Sequence record: MH816966
Reading direction: 5' to 3' (one strand)
Source: Escherichia phage FEC19
DNA length: 64,000 nucleotides
Shown: one piece after another, positions 26,167 through 36,751 of the stretch
Layout of the letters: each line of letters starts with the position of its first letter
How positions within the stretch are numbered: the first letter of the stretch is position 1
Notes under the pieces: model-generated
Database searches by the model: none
What the model was told of the DNA's origin: nothing
The model's input: only the letters and a program-made list of their open reading frames with translations
Translations under genes and position numbers: made by a program

Positions 26167-27129
26167 ATGACAGCATTAAAACCAATGAAGGGTTGCCAAC
26201 GTAAGCAGATTATCGAGCGCGGCGAGGACGTGCCGCTGCCTTGCGGACTGTCATTCAAGGTCGATGGCATACGTGCAATGGCGTATGACAACTTGCCAAT
26301 GGGCACTTCCGGCATGCCGTTGCGCAACGTTCAAATCAAAAAAGAGTTCCTCTTTTTGGGTGAACTAATTCACGGACTTGATGGAGAGCTAATCGACGGC
26401 AATCCAAATGATAAGAACGTCATGCAACAGGCCTATACTGCATGCATGAATACTGATGCAATCACTAACTTTACATGGTGGGTGTTTGATGACTTCAGCG
26501 ACCCTGATCTGCCTTTTGAAAAGCGTTATGCAAACTATCGAGCTAGAGTTGCTGAGGTCAATCAGCATCTCATCAACCATGGTCGACGCCCATTCCTTCG
26601 CGCTCTCGAATATCGAAACATCGAAAATATGGAACAGTACGCGGCGATGCAAATCGAAGCAGACCAGCTTGGATATGAAGGCTTGTATGGCAAGTCTTGG
26701 ACGGGCAAATACAAGCATGGCCGCGCGACGCCGAAGTCACGTGATGTGTGGAAGGACAAGCCGTGGACGGATGAAGAAGGATTGATCATAGACTTCGTTG
26801 AGATGATGGAGAACAACAACGAAGCATTCATTGACGAATTGGGTCGCACCAAGCGTTCAAAAGAGGCTGAAGGTTTAGTTGCAAAAGGATACCTTGGCTC
26901 ATTCGTAGTCGTCAATCCGAAATATGTGGATGAGAAAGGTGAAATGATTCCTTTCCGCGTATCCGCTGGTTCAATGCCTATGGCAGAGAGAAAAATGCTT
27001 TGGGAGAATCGCGAGAACTATCGCGATAAATATCTAACGTATAAATTCTTTAACTTCGGCATTGTTGATGTGCCGCGCTCTGCTTTGTATAAATGCTTCC
27101 GTGATATTACCGATATGGAGTATTTTTAA
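26167..27129 (+). CDS. ATP-dependent DNA ligase
   Basis: Motif I KxDG (FKVDGIRAM) and a downstream EGLYGK segment. Confidence 0.8.
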   Translation: MTALKPMKGCQRKQIIERGEDVPLPCGLSFKVDGIRAMAYDNLPMGTSGMPLRNVQIKKEFLFLGELIHGLDGELIDGNPNDKNVMQQAYTACMNTDAITNFTWWVFDDFSDPDLPFEKRYANYRARVAEVNQHLINHGRRPFLRALEYRNIENMEQYAAMQIEADQLGYEGLYGKSWTGKYKHGRATPKSRDVWKDKPWTDEEGLIIDFVEMMENNNEAFIDELGRTKRSKEAEGLVAKGYLGSFVVVNPKYVDEKGEMIPFRVSAGSMPMAERKMLWENRENYRDKYLTYKFFNFGIVDVPRSALYKCFRDITDMEYF

Positions 27130-27203
27130 GACACTAGATAAATAATTGGTGCGGATAATCTATCGCGTTGTTTTATAGAATTTAATATACAGTGTATACA
27201 TAA

Positions 27204-27229
27204 AGCCGGAAATCTCCGGCTTTTCTTTT
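27204..27229 (+). terminator. rho-independent terminator
   Basis: AGCCGGA-AATC-TCCGGCT followed by TTTCTTTTATTT. Confidence 0.7.
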
Positions 27230-27246
27230 ATTTACCTTTCGCCTTA

Positions 27247-27274
27247 TTTACTTTCAAAACCTTCGGCCTATACT
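27247..27274 (+). promoter_or_regulatory. sigma70-like promoter
   Basis: TTTACT-16-TATACT upstream of 27306. Confidence 0.5.
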
Positions 27275-27305
27275 ATTAATATTCGTAATCAAAAGGTGAA
27301 TTATA

Positions 27306-27848
27306 ATGAAATCGAAAACTTTAAAGATTGTTTTGATCACCATCATGGCTATGCTGACAGTCTTGTTCTTCACCAAAAGTGCAGCGGCTGAAAGTATGTT
27401 TACGCCGCCAAATAGTAATGCCAAAGTGTTAACGAGATATTTTAACAACGGCCAATCGTTCGAATTTTGCTGGAACAAATATGATGTGATAAAGGAAAGG
27501 TTTGATAAGGAAAAGATGTGCGTAATGAATGATCGCGGTCGCCAAGTCGTTTCGTTTGTGTTCGGAATGTCAATTGCAAAAGTTGATGCCGCTGAAATCG
27601 TTGTCAGGTATAATACATTGGACAGCGGCCTTGTCGACAAGACATACCCTGTTGCAGTAGACAGCAGGACAGGCGGCGCACTCATACTCACTCCAGAAGA
27701 TAAATCAGATGTCGTTAACATGCTCATCAACAGCAAAGACGTAATCGTGTTTTATCATGTTGAAGGCGTATCAGACTACCAAATGGCCTACTATCCACTG
27801 CCCTTAAGAGATGCTTCAGGTAATGTTAAGACACAGGATGTGCGTTGA
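27306..27848 (+). CDS. secreted protein with signal peptide
   Basis: MKSKTLKIVLITIMAMLTVLFFTKSAAAE; own TTTACT-16-TATACT promoter and AAGGTGA RBS. Confidence 0.5.
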   Translation: MKSKTLKIVLITIMAMLTVLFFTKSAAAESMFTPPNSNAKVLTRYFNNGQSFEFCWNKYDVIKERFDKEKMCVMNDRGRQVVSFVFGMSIAKVDAAEIVVRYNTLDSGLVDKTYPVAVDSRTGGALILTPEDKSDVVNMLINSKDVIVFYHVEGVSDYQMAYYPLPLRDASGNVKTQDVR

Positions 27849-27862
27849 CATGGGTGGTAGTT

Positions 27863-28075
27863 ATGCAGAAAGATTTGGAAGAAAACAAAAGGCTGAAAAA
27901 GGCTTTGACGTCTCAAATCTTGTCCCTGTTGGTAAAGCTTATTGGGGAGTCAATTAGCAACAAGGTGGCACGGGCCGCGATTGTTGGCGTGATTGGCATG
28001 GCGGGGTATTACTTCGACTTGCCAGACATTGATACAAGTTCCGCGCCGCCAGTCCAGGTTGAAGCCGTGAAATAA
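27863..28075 (+). CDS. small membrane protein (70 aa)
   Basis: ATG at 27863 after GGTGG; one predicted TM helix (AAIVGVIGMAGYYF). Confidence 0.4.
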   Translation: MQKDLEENKRLKKALTSQILSLLVKLIGESISNKVARAAIVGVIGMAGYYFDLPDIDTSSAPPVQVEAVK

Positions 28076-28099
28076 ACAAAGGCCCATATGGGCCTTTTT
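28076..28099. terminator. bidirectional terminator between convergent plus and minus blocks
   Basis: Perfect palindrome GGCCCATATGGGCC flanked by an A-run upstream and TTTTT downstream. Confidence 0.7.
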
Positions 28100-28100
28100 C

Positions 28101-28745
28101 TTACATAACTGCTAGTGCATCCTTGTAACGCTTCCGTCGCAAATCCCCATGGTTAGCCGTATTCGGCGCGGCCCCGTTAATCCGCTTCACGGTCGAATCA
28201 AATGCACCCGCATCGGCAAGTGGAATGCAACCGCTGTTCTTGAAGAACCACGCTGCGCTGTCAGCGATGTATTTCGGCTCAGTCAAAATGTCAGGGTTAT
28301 TCAAGGCGTCATACCCTGATTGCTTTGAATACTCTGCATAGTTATCCTTTCCAGTCAGCTGAATGGCACCACGGCCACGGTACTTCCAACCGTCGCCAGA
28401 TGCTACCGAACCATTTCCCATTCGGTTTGCATATGTATTATTGGCGATTTCCATTGGTTTACGGGCAATCGACAACGCCAAGGAGTTTGGTGCGCCACCG
28501 AAACGACCGCTGACGCTGTAACGGCTAGGCCACGTGTTGGCAAGACCCTGTGCAGAGTAGTTGAGATTTTCCACAAATGTTCTCAAGCTGCCTGTCTCTA
28601 CTCCTACGTTTGCAAGGAATGCCGCGATGGCATTCTTGCTTTTGATTCCGTAGTGCTCACAAGCCTGCTTGAAAGGGTCCACCCATTTCTCTGCGACATC
28701 CATGCTGCATCCGGTCCCTTTAGATATTACGTTTGCATTAATCAT
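28101..28745 (-). CDS. endolysin, glycoside hydrolase family 19-like
   Basis: AAFLANVGVETG and RGRGAIQLTGKDNY segments typical of GH19 phage lysins; AAGGTGA RBS. Confidence 0.85.
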   Translation of the reverse strand: MINANVISKGTGCSMDVAEKWVDPFKQACEHYGIKSKNAIAAFLANVGVETGSLRTFVENLNYSAQGLANTWPSRYSVSGRFGGAPNSLALSIARKPMEIANNTYANRMGNGSVASGDGWKYRGRGAIQLTGKDNYAEYSKQSGYDALNNPDILTEPKYIADSAAWFFKNSGCIPLADAGAFDSTVKRINGAAPNTANHGDLRRKRYKDALAVM

Positions 28746-28753
28746 AAATCACC

Positions 28754-30541
28754 TTATGCGCTTCTGTACCAGCCGTTCAAGACGACATATCGCGGCAGAG
28801 TTGAAACAGCCGTTGGGACGGACTGCCCTGCATCGCCAGTGTTACCGACCACATCGTGAGTGTGAGCGGGGAGGGTATATCCATGGCTGTGATTGCCAGC
28901 GTAATTTATATTCAACCCATGAGTGTGTGACCCAGAAGATTGAATATTGTGAACGTGGTTGCCGTTAGTTGAGGTGTTGTATTTATAGTTGTCCCAGTCG
29001 CCGCCCTTTCGACTTCCGAAGTTGTTGTGCGTCCCATCATACACGCCATACCGCGCATCATTCGTATTTGCTTCACCCCAGCTACTGTCATGGTGGTGGT
29101 TGCCTGCTGAATCCATTCCGTGCACGTGAGCACCGTTTTGACTGGTATCGCCTGTGTGGTTATGGTTGCCTGCGTCTCCAGTGGTATTGGACCATGGACC
29201 ACTCTGTCGCGTAGTTATGTTCACGCTGTGATTGTGCAGAGGAAGCATGGCGGCGGTAAGAGTAACAGAGTCTGCACCTCCAGTGTCAAGACCGTTTCTT
29301 GCCGTGCCAGACGTCCTGATGACCATGTTATCAGGCAACCTGGTCCATACCTGACCGTAAGCGCCCAGTTTAGTATTTGGGTTAGTGCCATTAGTCAAGA
29401 ATCGAGTCTCACCGACTTCGAATACATCACCCATAGTTATCAACTTCGCGGCCAAAGCATCGAGTTGGCGCTTTGTGACAAACTGTTGCGGCTCACTAGC
29501 ATCGACACCGATTTGCGCCGCGCCGAATGCTTGAAGAAGACGCCAAACGGTGCCGTCATAAATAATAGTAAAAGGAAGAAGACCGACGATGGACCCTGCT
29601 GGCAGCTCGCCGCCGTCGAATCCAAGGACTGCAACTTTGTTTGCACCAATGGTCACGGTAACAGGTCCGGTGGTCGTTACATCATTGACAATTGTCAGGC
29701 GACTACCTGCTGACGGAGGCCATGAATAACCTGCTGGAACGGTAAGGATTATATCTTGTGCGCCTTTACCTGATGCAAGATTCGGCGTTCCAATTTGCAC
29801 GTCTTGAACAGTTGCATTTTGAATCCAAGCACTCCAAGCGCCAGACGTATAAGAGCGGGTGAAAACATATCCGTTCATTGACGTGTATTGTTGCAGGGCG
29901 AAAGTCTGCGCATTAACCTGCCAAGCGCAAACCTGGAGACGACCTGCAACCTTCGTCGCACCAACCGCGTTCGGGATGTTAGAGCAGAGAGCGGCGACTG
30001 CGTCAGATTGAATAACAATAGTTGTGGAAGTCGTGATATTATCAAAGTCCACAAAGTTTGAAATCAGTCCGCGAACAAAATACGGGTTTTGCGCATCGCC
30101 GCCAGCAGGCATAGGAATATATTTTCGCGCTTCGCTAGGCAGCGTCAATTCCTGCCAAGATTCCGTTTCGCCGTTAGCTGGGACTGCGCTGGTGTTGCCG
30201 TCAACCACGCTCTGGAAAATGCGCCATTCAGGCGCTGAAGGGGTGCCAGAGTTGCTTACAACGATGGCATTTTTCGGGTATCCATCTGGCTTCAAGTCAG
30301 ACGAGAAATACTGTTGAGCGCCGTGGTCCTGGATGAACATAAGGTTGTCGGTGATCAGATTCAGCAACCAGTTCATCGACTCACGTTCAACTGCTTTCGC
30401 GGCGACGTTTCCGGCTTCCAGCGCAAGTGCATAGTCAGGGGTGTAGCCGCGCTGGAAGTTCACATAACCGCTTGGACTTGCATCCGGCACCACGGATACA
30501 TCACCGCTTTGCGCGAAAGGTCTGTTAATAAGTGTTGGCAT
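28754..30541 (-). CDS. tail fibre protein with His-rich C-terminal repeats
   Basis: Start refined to MPTLINRPF; C-terminal HNHSV, NHNHTG, AHVHG, NHHHD, NHVHN, SHTHG, NHSHG, AHTHD repeats resemble metal-binding HxH motifs of long tail fibre tips. Confidence 0.7.
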   Translation of the reverse strand: MPTLINRPFAQSGDVSVVPDASPSGYVNFQRGYTPDYALALEAGNVAAKAVERESMNWLLNLITDNLMFIQDHGAQQYFSSDLKPDGYPKNAIVVSNSGTPSAPEWRIFQSVVDGNTSAVPANGETESWQELTLPSEARKYIPMPAGGDAQNPYFVRGLISNFVDFDNITTSTTIVIQSDAVAALCSNIPNAVGATKVAGRLQVCAWQVNAQTFALQQYTSMNGYVFTRSYTSGAWSAWIQNATVQDVQIGTPNLASGKGAQDIILTVPAGYSWPPSAGSRLTIVNDVTTTGPVTVTIGANKVAVLGFDGGELPAGSIVGLLPFTIIYDGTVWRLLQAFGAAQIGVDASEPQQFVTKRQLDALAAKLITMGDVFEVGETRFLTNGTNPNTKLGAYGQVWTRLPDNMVIRTSGTARNGLDTGGADSVTLTAAMLPLHNHSVNITTRQSGPWSNTTGDAGNHNHTGDTSQNGAHVHGMDSAGNHHHDSSWGEANTNDARYGVYDGTHNNFGSRKGGDWDNYKYNTSTNGNHVHNIQSSGSHTHGLNINYAGNHSHGYTLPAHTHDVVGNTGDAGQSVPTAVSTLPRYVVLNGWYRSA

Positions 30542-30551
30542 TGCCGTTCCT

Positions 30552-33290
30552 CTACACGATGTATTTAATTTTTGATAAAAGGGTTGATGCCCAATCACCA
30601 GTTAAGTCAGTTATGTTCATGCTTGAAACATAACCACCAGCAGCACTTCTCGGAAAGTTTACTGTTGCTACAACATCACCATTAGAAGCAATCAATTGAA
30701 TTCCAGTGGCAAGTGATCCTGGGTTTTTGATGTATATAGAAGTCGCAGTTTTCTTTGCGAAATCTTCGCTTGTTGAAATTGCAAGCGCATTCATCGTACT
30801 ACCAGACACAAGCATCAAGCTTAAAATATCAAGTTCAAGAGTCGTACCAACTTCGGTCGGCAAGTCTTTCCCTGATATCAAACCGATGCTGATGCCGCCT
30901 GTCGATCCATCCCAGGTAGAGCCTTCAACAATCTCAGCGGCAAGGTCAATTTCGATACGTTGCAAATCACCTGCGCCTATGTTGTAGAATTTAGGGATAT
31001 AGCCACCCATCCCATCCGGTACAGTTACAAAAAGTTTTTGACCGTTAACCGTGTTGTTTTTGACTATTGCGATAAACGACAAAGGGCCAGTCAGGGTGCC
31101 AGTGTATTTAGTAGCAAGTACAGCGCGTGCATAACCGGACGCTGGCACAGTCCCTATTGTAGCGGAAAGCTTGAATGATGGGAACTGGTTGGGCACACCG
31201 CTGATTGGCGTCGCTGTGACAGTGTTTACGCCATCCTCAATGATATTGCCAAAAGATGTACCGTCGTTTGGCTGTGTGTAGCGCCAATAGTTAGTGATTG
31301 CCGTGCGTGGTATTTCACGACCAAAGTCATCTCTTGATGCTTTTGAGATTGAATAGTCGTTGACAAGCGCGCCGTCGACGACCTGGTTCACACCTTTCAA
31401 AGATTCAAGCTGGCGTATCACACCGTTGAAGTTGTTCAGCGGCCACTCGTTAATGCCGCCAACTCTGATGATACCGTCAGTGTTAATCCACGCAACACCT
31501 TCCGTTTCAAATCCTACGCGCGTGTCTGTTATGTCGCTGACAGTCAAATCGATATCAGATAAGTCTGCGACTTCTTGGTAAAGCTGCCATCGTATTCCGG
31601 CATTTGCTGGCAAGAATCCTTCATTCCTGTCGCCAACTAGCGTCTTAAAGTTGTCAGACAGGTTGTTGGCGAAATAAGGTCCGATGACGTATTCCATGTA
31701 ATAGTCGGCGGTCGGAGGCGGCGGTACTCCATCCAGCCTGCTAACGTTCCATGAGCGTCTGATTCCATCAGTCTCTGCAATCAGCGTGGCGTTCCCTGGG
31801 TACGGGTAGCCGCCGATTGAGCCAGAGTATGCAAGTGATGAGCCAGGTTGCATGAATGACTCGCCAACTACACCGTTTCTTGTCGTCAGCGGTCCGTTTG
31901 CACAGGAGATGTTATTGAGCGTTCCCGCCGTTACAGACAGGATTGCTGTTCCGTCAGAAGGAGGGTTTTGCGTTCCATAAAAATAAGGCTCAGGCCCATT
32001 TGGATTCTGAACAGGGTCGCAGACGCAAATCGAGTATCCAAACAAAAGGGCATCAGACCCTTCAGGCAATTCACGAGTTTGAGTTGATCCAGCGGCAGTC
32101 GCCTTCAACTCTATTGAAAAGCTGGTACTTACTCCAGAAGCAGCGGTTGCCGTCTGCTCTACAATCCAGATTCGATACCAATCGCCGCCAATTGCTTTTA
32201 TGCCACCACGGTTTGATTCCCTTCTTACTCCATCGAATTTGCCTTTGATGAAATAGCTCAATGACGGGTCCAAGTTGAACTGGCCAGTGACGGGGTCAAA
32301 CAGCTTTCCATTACTCGATGCATCACTATTCTCTGTAACAGAAACAGAAGCGACGTTTTCAGAAAGCACCTTTATGTAGAAGCTATAGCAAACGTTGACG
32401 CCAGCCTGCGAAGGAAGCGAAATTGATTTGGCACTTGGATTATTGGCCAAAGAATACACAGGCTCACCGCTTGAAGCCGTCTTGATGACCCTTACTGCGT
32501 TGGCAAAATTCTCTATGGCCTCGCCTGGGTAATCGCCACACAACTGCCCATAGTAATCAGGCCCACCATACTGTCTGGTATCGCCGCCGACAAGCCCTGC
32601 GCCGGAACCATTTCCCCATGAGTACCAATCTGGGTGCGCCATCCGTGACACGGTGCCTGACACTCCGCTGATGGTCAGCCCGGCGTTGTTGCCATGGCTT
32701 AAAAGTATCTGCTTATAATCATGCTGAATCTCAGTTGACCCCTGCCAGTCGTACAGAAGGAATGAGCCATTGGTTGATTCAGACGAAGACACCGCGCCTT
32801 GAGTATTGTCGGTCACATATGCGTAGCGTGATGAAGAGTAATCCCAAGACTCTCCACGGTTGAAAATCCACTTAAGCATGCGGTTGATACTTTCGATGCG
32901 GCCATCACTTGTAAGCGTCAGATAACGAAGCTTAAGAAGTATGCGCGCTTCTTCGATATTCTTTACAACCTTCCCGCCAGCACCAAAGAAGTTGCCGCCG
33001 ATGTTGTCCGCACCTTCAAAGTTGTCGCGCGTCGGTCCAAACGCCCAGTTGTGCTCATAATTGCTTAAGTCCACAAAGTCTCTTGGTATGCAAAGAATGT
33101 CGCACCAAATATAAATTCCCATTGCATCACAAGTGTCAATGTTAAAAATGTTATTGTACCAGTCAGTCCAAAACTGATCTTGGTATCTTTCATACCAGTC
33201 ACTTTTCTTTTGCACCAAAGATGTAATGTTTGGTGCATTGTTCTGCATCCACTTAAGGTTTTGCAACAGGTTTGTGTCAAACTTTTGCAT
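30552..33290 (-). CDS. large tail fibre/baseplate-associated structural protein (912 aa)
   Basis: Gly/Ser/Thr/Asn-rich beta-type composition; between the baseplate J-like gene and the fibre gene. Confidence 0.55.
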   Translation of the reverse strand: MQKFDTNLLQNLKWMQNNAPNITSLVQKKSDWYERYQDQFWTDWYNNIFNIDTCDAMGIYIWCDILCIPRDFVDLSNYEHNWAFGPTRDNFEGADNIGGNFFGAGGKVVKNIEEARILLKLRYLTLTSDGRIESINRMLKWIFNRGESWDYSSSRYAYVTDNTQGAVSSSESTNGSFLLYDWQGSTEIQHDYKQILLSHGNNAGLTISGVSGTVSRMAHPDWYSWGNGSGAGLVGGDTRQYGGPDYYGQLCGDYPGEAIENFANAVRVIKTASSGEPVYSLANNPSAKSISLPSQAGVNVCYSFYIKVLSENVASVSVTENSDASSNGKLFDPVTGQFNLDPSLSYFIKGKFDGVRRESNRGGIKAIGGDWYRIWIVEQTATAASGVSTSFSIELKATAAGSTQTRELPEGSDALLFGYSICVCDPVQNPNGPEPYFYGTQNPPSDGTAILSVTAGTLNNISCANGPLTTRNGVVGESFMQPGSSLAYSGSIGGYPYPGNATLIAETDGIRRSWNVSRLDGVPPPPTADYYMEYVIGPYFANNLSDNFKTLVGDRNEGFLPANAGIRWQLYQEVADLSDIDLTVSDITDTRVGFETEGVAWINTDGIIRVGGINEWPLNNFNGVIRQLESLKGVNQVVDGALVNDYSISKASRDDFGREIPRTAITNYWRYTQPNDGTSFGNIIEDGVNTVTATPISGVPNQFPSFKLSATIGTVPASGYARAVLATKYTGTLTGPLSFIAIVKNNTVNGQKLFVTVPDGMGGYIPKFYNIGAGDLQRIEIDLAAEIVEGSTWDGSTGGISIGLISGKDLPTEVGTTLELDILSLMLVSGSTMNALAISTSEDFAKKTATSIYIKNPGSLATGIQLIASNGDVVATVNFPRSAAGGYVSSMNITDLTGDWASTLLSKIKYIV

Positions 33291-33296
33291 AGTTCC

Positions 33297-34568
33297 TCAC
33301 ACAAATTTAACGTTGATGAAGCCGCGCATAGTATTCGCCTTATCCCAAGGGTTGGCAATCCACTCGCTGCCGTAATCGGATGGATAATTTGGCGCTGCCT
33401 GTCCGCTTTTTACTGCTGCAATTTTGCAATCTTTAATGTACAGACCTGGATACTCGCAAGACACTGCTGAAGCAATCTCAAAAGAAGATTGAGATTGGCC
33501 CACTGCATATCCTTGCTCGCCGTTAAAATTTCCATTACCGTAATTCAACACAGCGGCAATAATGGATTCGGCATCGGCGGTTGCGGTGCCTCTTACAACA
33601 GTAATATCGACATACAAGTCATATATGACAGCAGTGTTGAACTTTACGAAATAAGACAGTTGCGATTCTTCGTCGACAACTTCTATTCCATCAGGCGAGT
33701 TGACTGGATCACCCTGGTTGGTAGCACCAAAGTCCCACGGCTGGCCGCCCATCTTTGCCTTGAAAATAGTCTCAGCAAAAACTTGCTTATCGAACGTTCC
33801 GCTTGCGCACACCCAGACACCGTTAGGCGTTGAAAAGGTGATGCCGCGCACCGTTCCAGGCAATCCCGTGTCGTTCTCCACGACCATCACCGATTCCACG
33901 CCGTCGACCGACATGGCGCGAGCGCGAATAGCACCAAGCGATGCAATTCCCTGCTGGTAAAGGCGCTTAACGCGAGCGGCCTTTAACGCTCCGTCGCCCA
34001 TGTATTGTGTTCCTGGCACGGTCGTCGTTTCCGACGTTGAATAAGTTCTTGACCATCCGATGACGTCATAACCTTGCACCACTGTGAACTCTTCATCAGG
34101 TGCAACAGTGAATGATCCATAGTCTTTTGACGCAAGAGTCATATTGCTTGTCTTGCCAGTCGAAGCGATTTGAACGTCTTCCAGCACATACCAGTATGTA
34201 CCATTTGAATCAGTAAGAAGACTTCCAGCAGGAATTTCCAGCAGCGGCGTTCCCTCTGCAGTCACACCTTTCAGCATCGTGCTTACGTTTTTTGTGCGCT
34301 CGATACCAAGAAACGCCGCGATTGCATCAAGATATACTCCATATGAGTAGTTAGGGTTGATGAGACTTCCCAATTCGGCATTGTTCTTCATCACTGAAGT
34401 TCTTGCCAACGTCTCTGTTGCGATTAGCGTGCCTTGCGGCGTCGAAGCATCAACATCAAGCCCGACCCCTAAAGACTCAATCCATTCACCTTGAACATCA
34501 GCCAATAAATCTGCCGTGTCAATGGTGATCACACCAGTACTTACTATGTAAGAATATTGTGCACTCAT
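33297..34568 (-). CDS. baseplate J-like protein
   Basis: 423 aa; position between spike-like and fibre genes, as in P2/Mu-type baseplates. Confidence 0.5.
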   Translation of the reverse strand: MSAQYSYIVSTGVITIDTADLLADVQGEWIESLGVGLDVDASTPQGTLIATETLARTSVMKNNAELGSLINPNYSYGVYLDAIAAFLGIERTKNVSTMLKGVTAEGTPLLEIPAGSLLTDSNGTYWYVLEDVQIASTGKTSNMTLASKDYGSFTVAPDEEFTVVQGYDVIGWSRTYSTSETTTVPGTQYMGDGALKAARVKRLYQQGIASLGAIRARAMSVDGVESVMVVENDTGLPGTVRGITFSTPNGVWVCASGTFDKQVFAETIFKAKMGGQPWDFGATNQGDPVNSPDGIEVVDEESQLSYFVKFNTAVIYDLYVDITVVRGTATADAESIIAAVLNYGNGNFNGEQGYAVGQSQSSFEIASAVSCEYPGLYIKDCKIAAVKSGQAAPNYPSDYGSEWIANPWDKANTMRGFINVKFV

Positions 34569-35293
34569 TCTATCATATTCCCAGTTCTGTTTCCAGGCCC
34601 GTTACCGATATGCCCGTGAGTGGATACATCAATGCCGCCGACCGTTGTGCCAGTCGGAAGCGTTGCCGTCGTTCCTTCTTTGCCTTCTATCCCACCATTG
34701 AATGTTGCTTTTCCATTTACTATCAATTGTTGATCGATAGTGGTTATCGGGGTCTTGACGTTTACTCCAGCAGACGCAGTTATGTTTATTGAGTCATCGC
34801 TTAGTGCAATTCTCACAGCGCCGCTGAGGGATTGAATTACCATTGACCCCGCATCCTCTCCGCTTATGGTGTATTTTCGGAATACATCCGGTATGAACAG
34901 TCCATCAGCGAAAGTTTTTACACGGCCATTGGTAGGCGCGGTCGGCTTCAATTCTTCAAGGAATGTCGACAACTCGCGGTCGCCAGCGAATATCCAGCCC
35001 AAGTCGCCTTCCTTCAAAGGGAAGTTGATCACGAATCCGCCGCCGCCGATTGCCAGTACCGGAATTGACACCAAAGGTTGACGCTCCACTGGCTTATCAT
35101 CAAGACTTACGAAATGAATAACAGGTTTTATGACTGCTAAATTTTTCTTGCGGTCATAAGATATTACTTGCGCAGGAATCATGCCATCAGTGGTATACTT
35201 GCCACGGTCCAGCATTCCCTGAAGCGCGGCAAACATACTTGATTTGTCAGTTTGGTTGGGGCTTGTAAGTTGGGTTAACTTTTCTGCCATCAT
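34565..35293 (-). CDS. baseplate spike/assembly protein (gpV-like)
   Basis: N-terminal OB-like segment then Gly-rich C-terminus ending GHIGNGPGNRTGNMIE; AAGGAG RBS. Confidence 0.5.
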   Translation of the reverse strand: MMAEKLTQLTSPNQTDKSSMFAALQGMLDRGKYTTDGMIPAQVISYDRKKNLAVIKPVIHFVSLDDKPVERQPLVSIPVLAIGGGGFVINFPLKEGDLGWIFAGDRELSTFLEELKPTAPTNGRVKTFADGLFIPDVFRKYTISGEDAGSMVIQSLSGAVRIALSDDSINITASAGVNVKTPITTIDQQLIVNGKATFNGGIEGKEGTTATLPTGTTVGGIDVSTHGHIGNGPGNRTGNMIE

Positions 35294-35350
35294 AGACTCC
35301 TTATATCTGATCAACAAATTATAATCTATAAGGAGTCTATAAGCAATATT

Positions 35351-35872
35351 TTAGCGATTTGACTTTGATTCTTTAATGGCAGCTTCGTTTGAGTAGGCTT
35401 CATTAAGTGATTTTGCTATTAAACCATCAAACATGGCAAATGCATCACGCAGTGAATAGTATTCTTCCAACTCCTTTAAAGATGCAAGGCCGTTATTTAT
35501 TAGACTTGCAACCATTGGCTCAAGATAATTAGGCTCTACTGTCGGTGCATCAGCCAAGAATCTATTTGGAATTTTGGTGCTTTTCCAATCGCTAAGGAAT
35601 CCAAAGTTGTGCTTTTTAACGGCTTCCATCAATACTTTCAACACAAGATTAGGCGGCAAGTGATTAGGAATACTTTTCACTTCCTCACTAATTACTTTTT
35701 CAGAATTAAGCCTTACTTTGGACCCGTCATATTTGATCACATAACATTCACTCAATAATTCAAGTGGAGTTAATATACTTATGTCATCCACCATTTCAAA
35801 TGCATCTATTGCGCTAAATTGATGAATTTCATAAGTCACGCCAAACAAGTCGATTATTTTATTCTTTCTCAT
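35351..35872 (-). CDS. hypothetical protein (173 aa)
   Basis: AT-rich gene inside the baseplate module, flanked by AT-rich spacers. Confidence 0.4.
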   Translation of the reverse strand: MRKNKIIDLFGVTYEIHQFSAIDAFEMVDDISILTPLELLSECYVIKYDGSKVRLNSEKVISEEVKSIPNHLPPNLVLKVLMEAVKKHNFGFLSDWKSTKIPNRFLADAPTVEPNYLEPMVASLINNGLASLKELEEYYSLRDAFAMFDGLIAKSLNEAYSNEAAIKESKSNR

Positions 35873-35874
35873 AT

Positions 35875-36747
35875 TTATGCCGATGGTGCAACGCCGCCCG
35901 TCACCGTAAATATATCATCACGACTCGCTAAATCATATTCAAGTTGCATGATGACAAATGTGGTGTCGTTCAAGCTTGGGTTTAAGACTGATTTGAATTT
36001 AACACCTTGTGCAAGCTTCAAATCTGCGTTATACATACAAGTGAAGTCTGCACCCCACTCGTTCCACATCGGTATTCCGACAAATTCCTCAATGACTGTA
36101 ATCTGGTCTGGATTTAGAATTTTGTCTTTATCCTTAACAATTAACGTATCGTCATCAATGTATGCCGCGATGGAGTTGCGTTGATAGTTCTGGATCTCAA
36201 GCAGCAGCGCAGCAGCAACATATGTCGTTCTTCCTGGATTCACAAGGCGCTGATTATTAATCGACGTGTCGCAAATAACAGTATCGATGTCCATTTGTTT
36301 TGCAGACCATTCCACGAACTCTTTGAAAGTCGGGTTGGATGGCGCAGCTTGAGTTATGAACTTCGTTCTGTTTATTTGGTTGGTGTAACAAGTGATTCTG
36401 ATGACTATATTCGGCGGCGGCGCTGTTATCTCAACTGTCGTCACCTGTCCCTTGTATACCAAGTTGCTGCTGATTACGTTTCCCTCTCTGTATCCAGCTT
36501 CAATAGTCACGTTGACGTAGTTCGCCGCCAGCTGACCTTGATCACGCAGACGTTTGTTGAATGCCGTGAAGTTGGAAAGCAGGTACTCTCTCAAGTACCC
36601 TGTTAATCCTGCGACTTCAATCGTGGCCTTATTCTGAACGGAAAGTGCTGCCTTTTTGATTCGGCATCTAAGCATCAATCCTTCATCAAGCACTTGGCTT
36701 GTGCCATCCGGCATAAATAAGGTGACTTTAAGGATTCTCTTTTTCAA
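35875..36747 (-). CDS. tail/baseplate hub protein (tentative)
   Basis: 290 aa immediately downstream of the tape-measure gene. Confidence 0.45.
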   Translation of the reverse strand: MKKRILKVTLFMPDGTSQVLDEGLMLRCRIKKAALSVQNKATIEVAGLTGYLREYLLSNFTAFNKRLRDQGQLAANYVNVTIEAGYREGNVISSNLVYKGQVTTVEITAPPPNIVIRITCYTNQINRTKFITQAAPSNPTFKEFVEWSAKQMDIDTVICDTSINNQRLVNPGRTTYVAAALLLEIQNYQRNSIAAYIDDDTLIVKDKDKILNPDQITVIEEFVGIPMWNEWGADFTCMYNADLKLAQGVKFKSVLNPSLNDTTFVIMQLEYDLASRDDIFTVTGGVAPSA

Positions 36748-36751
36748 ATTA

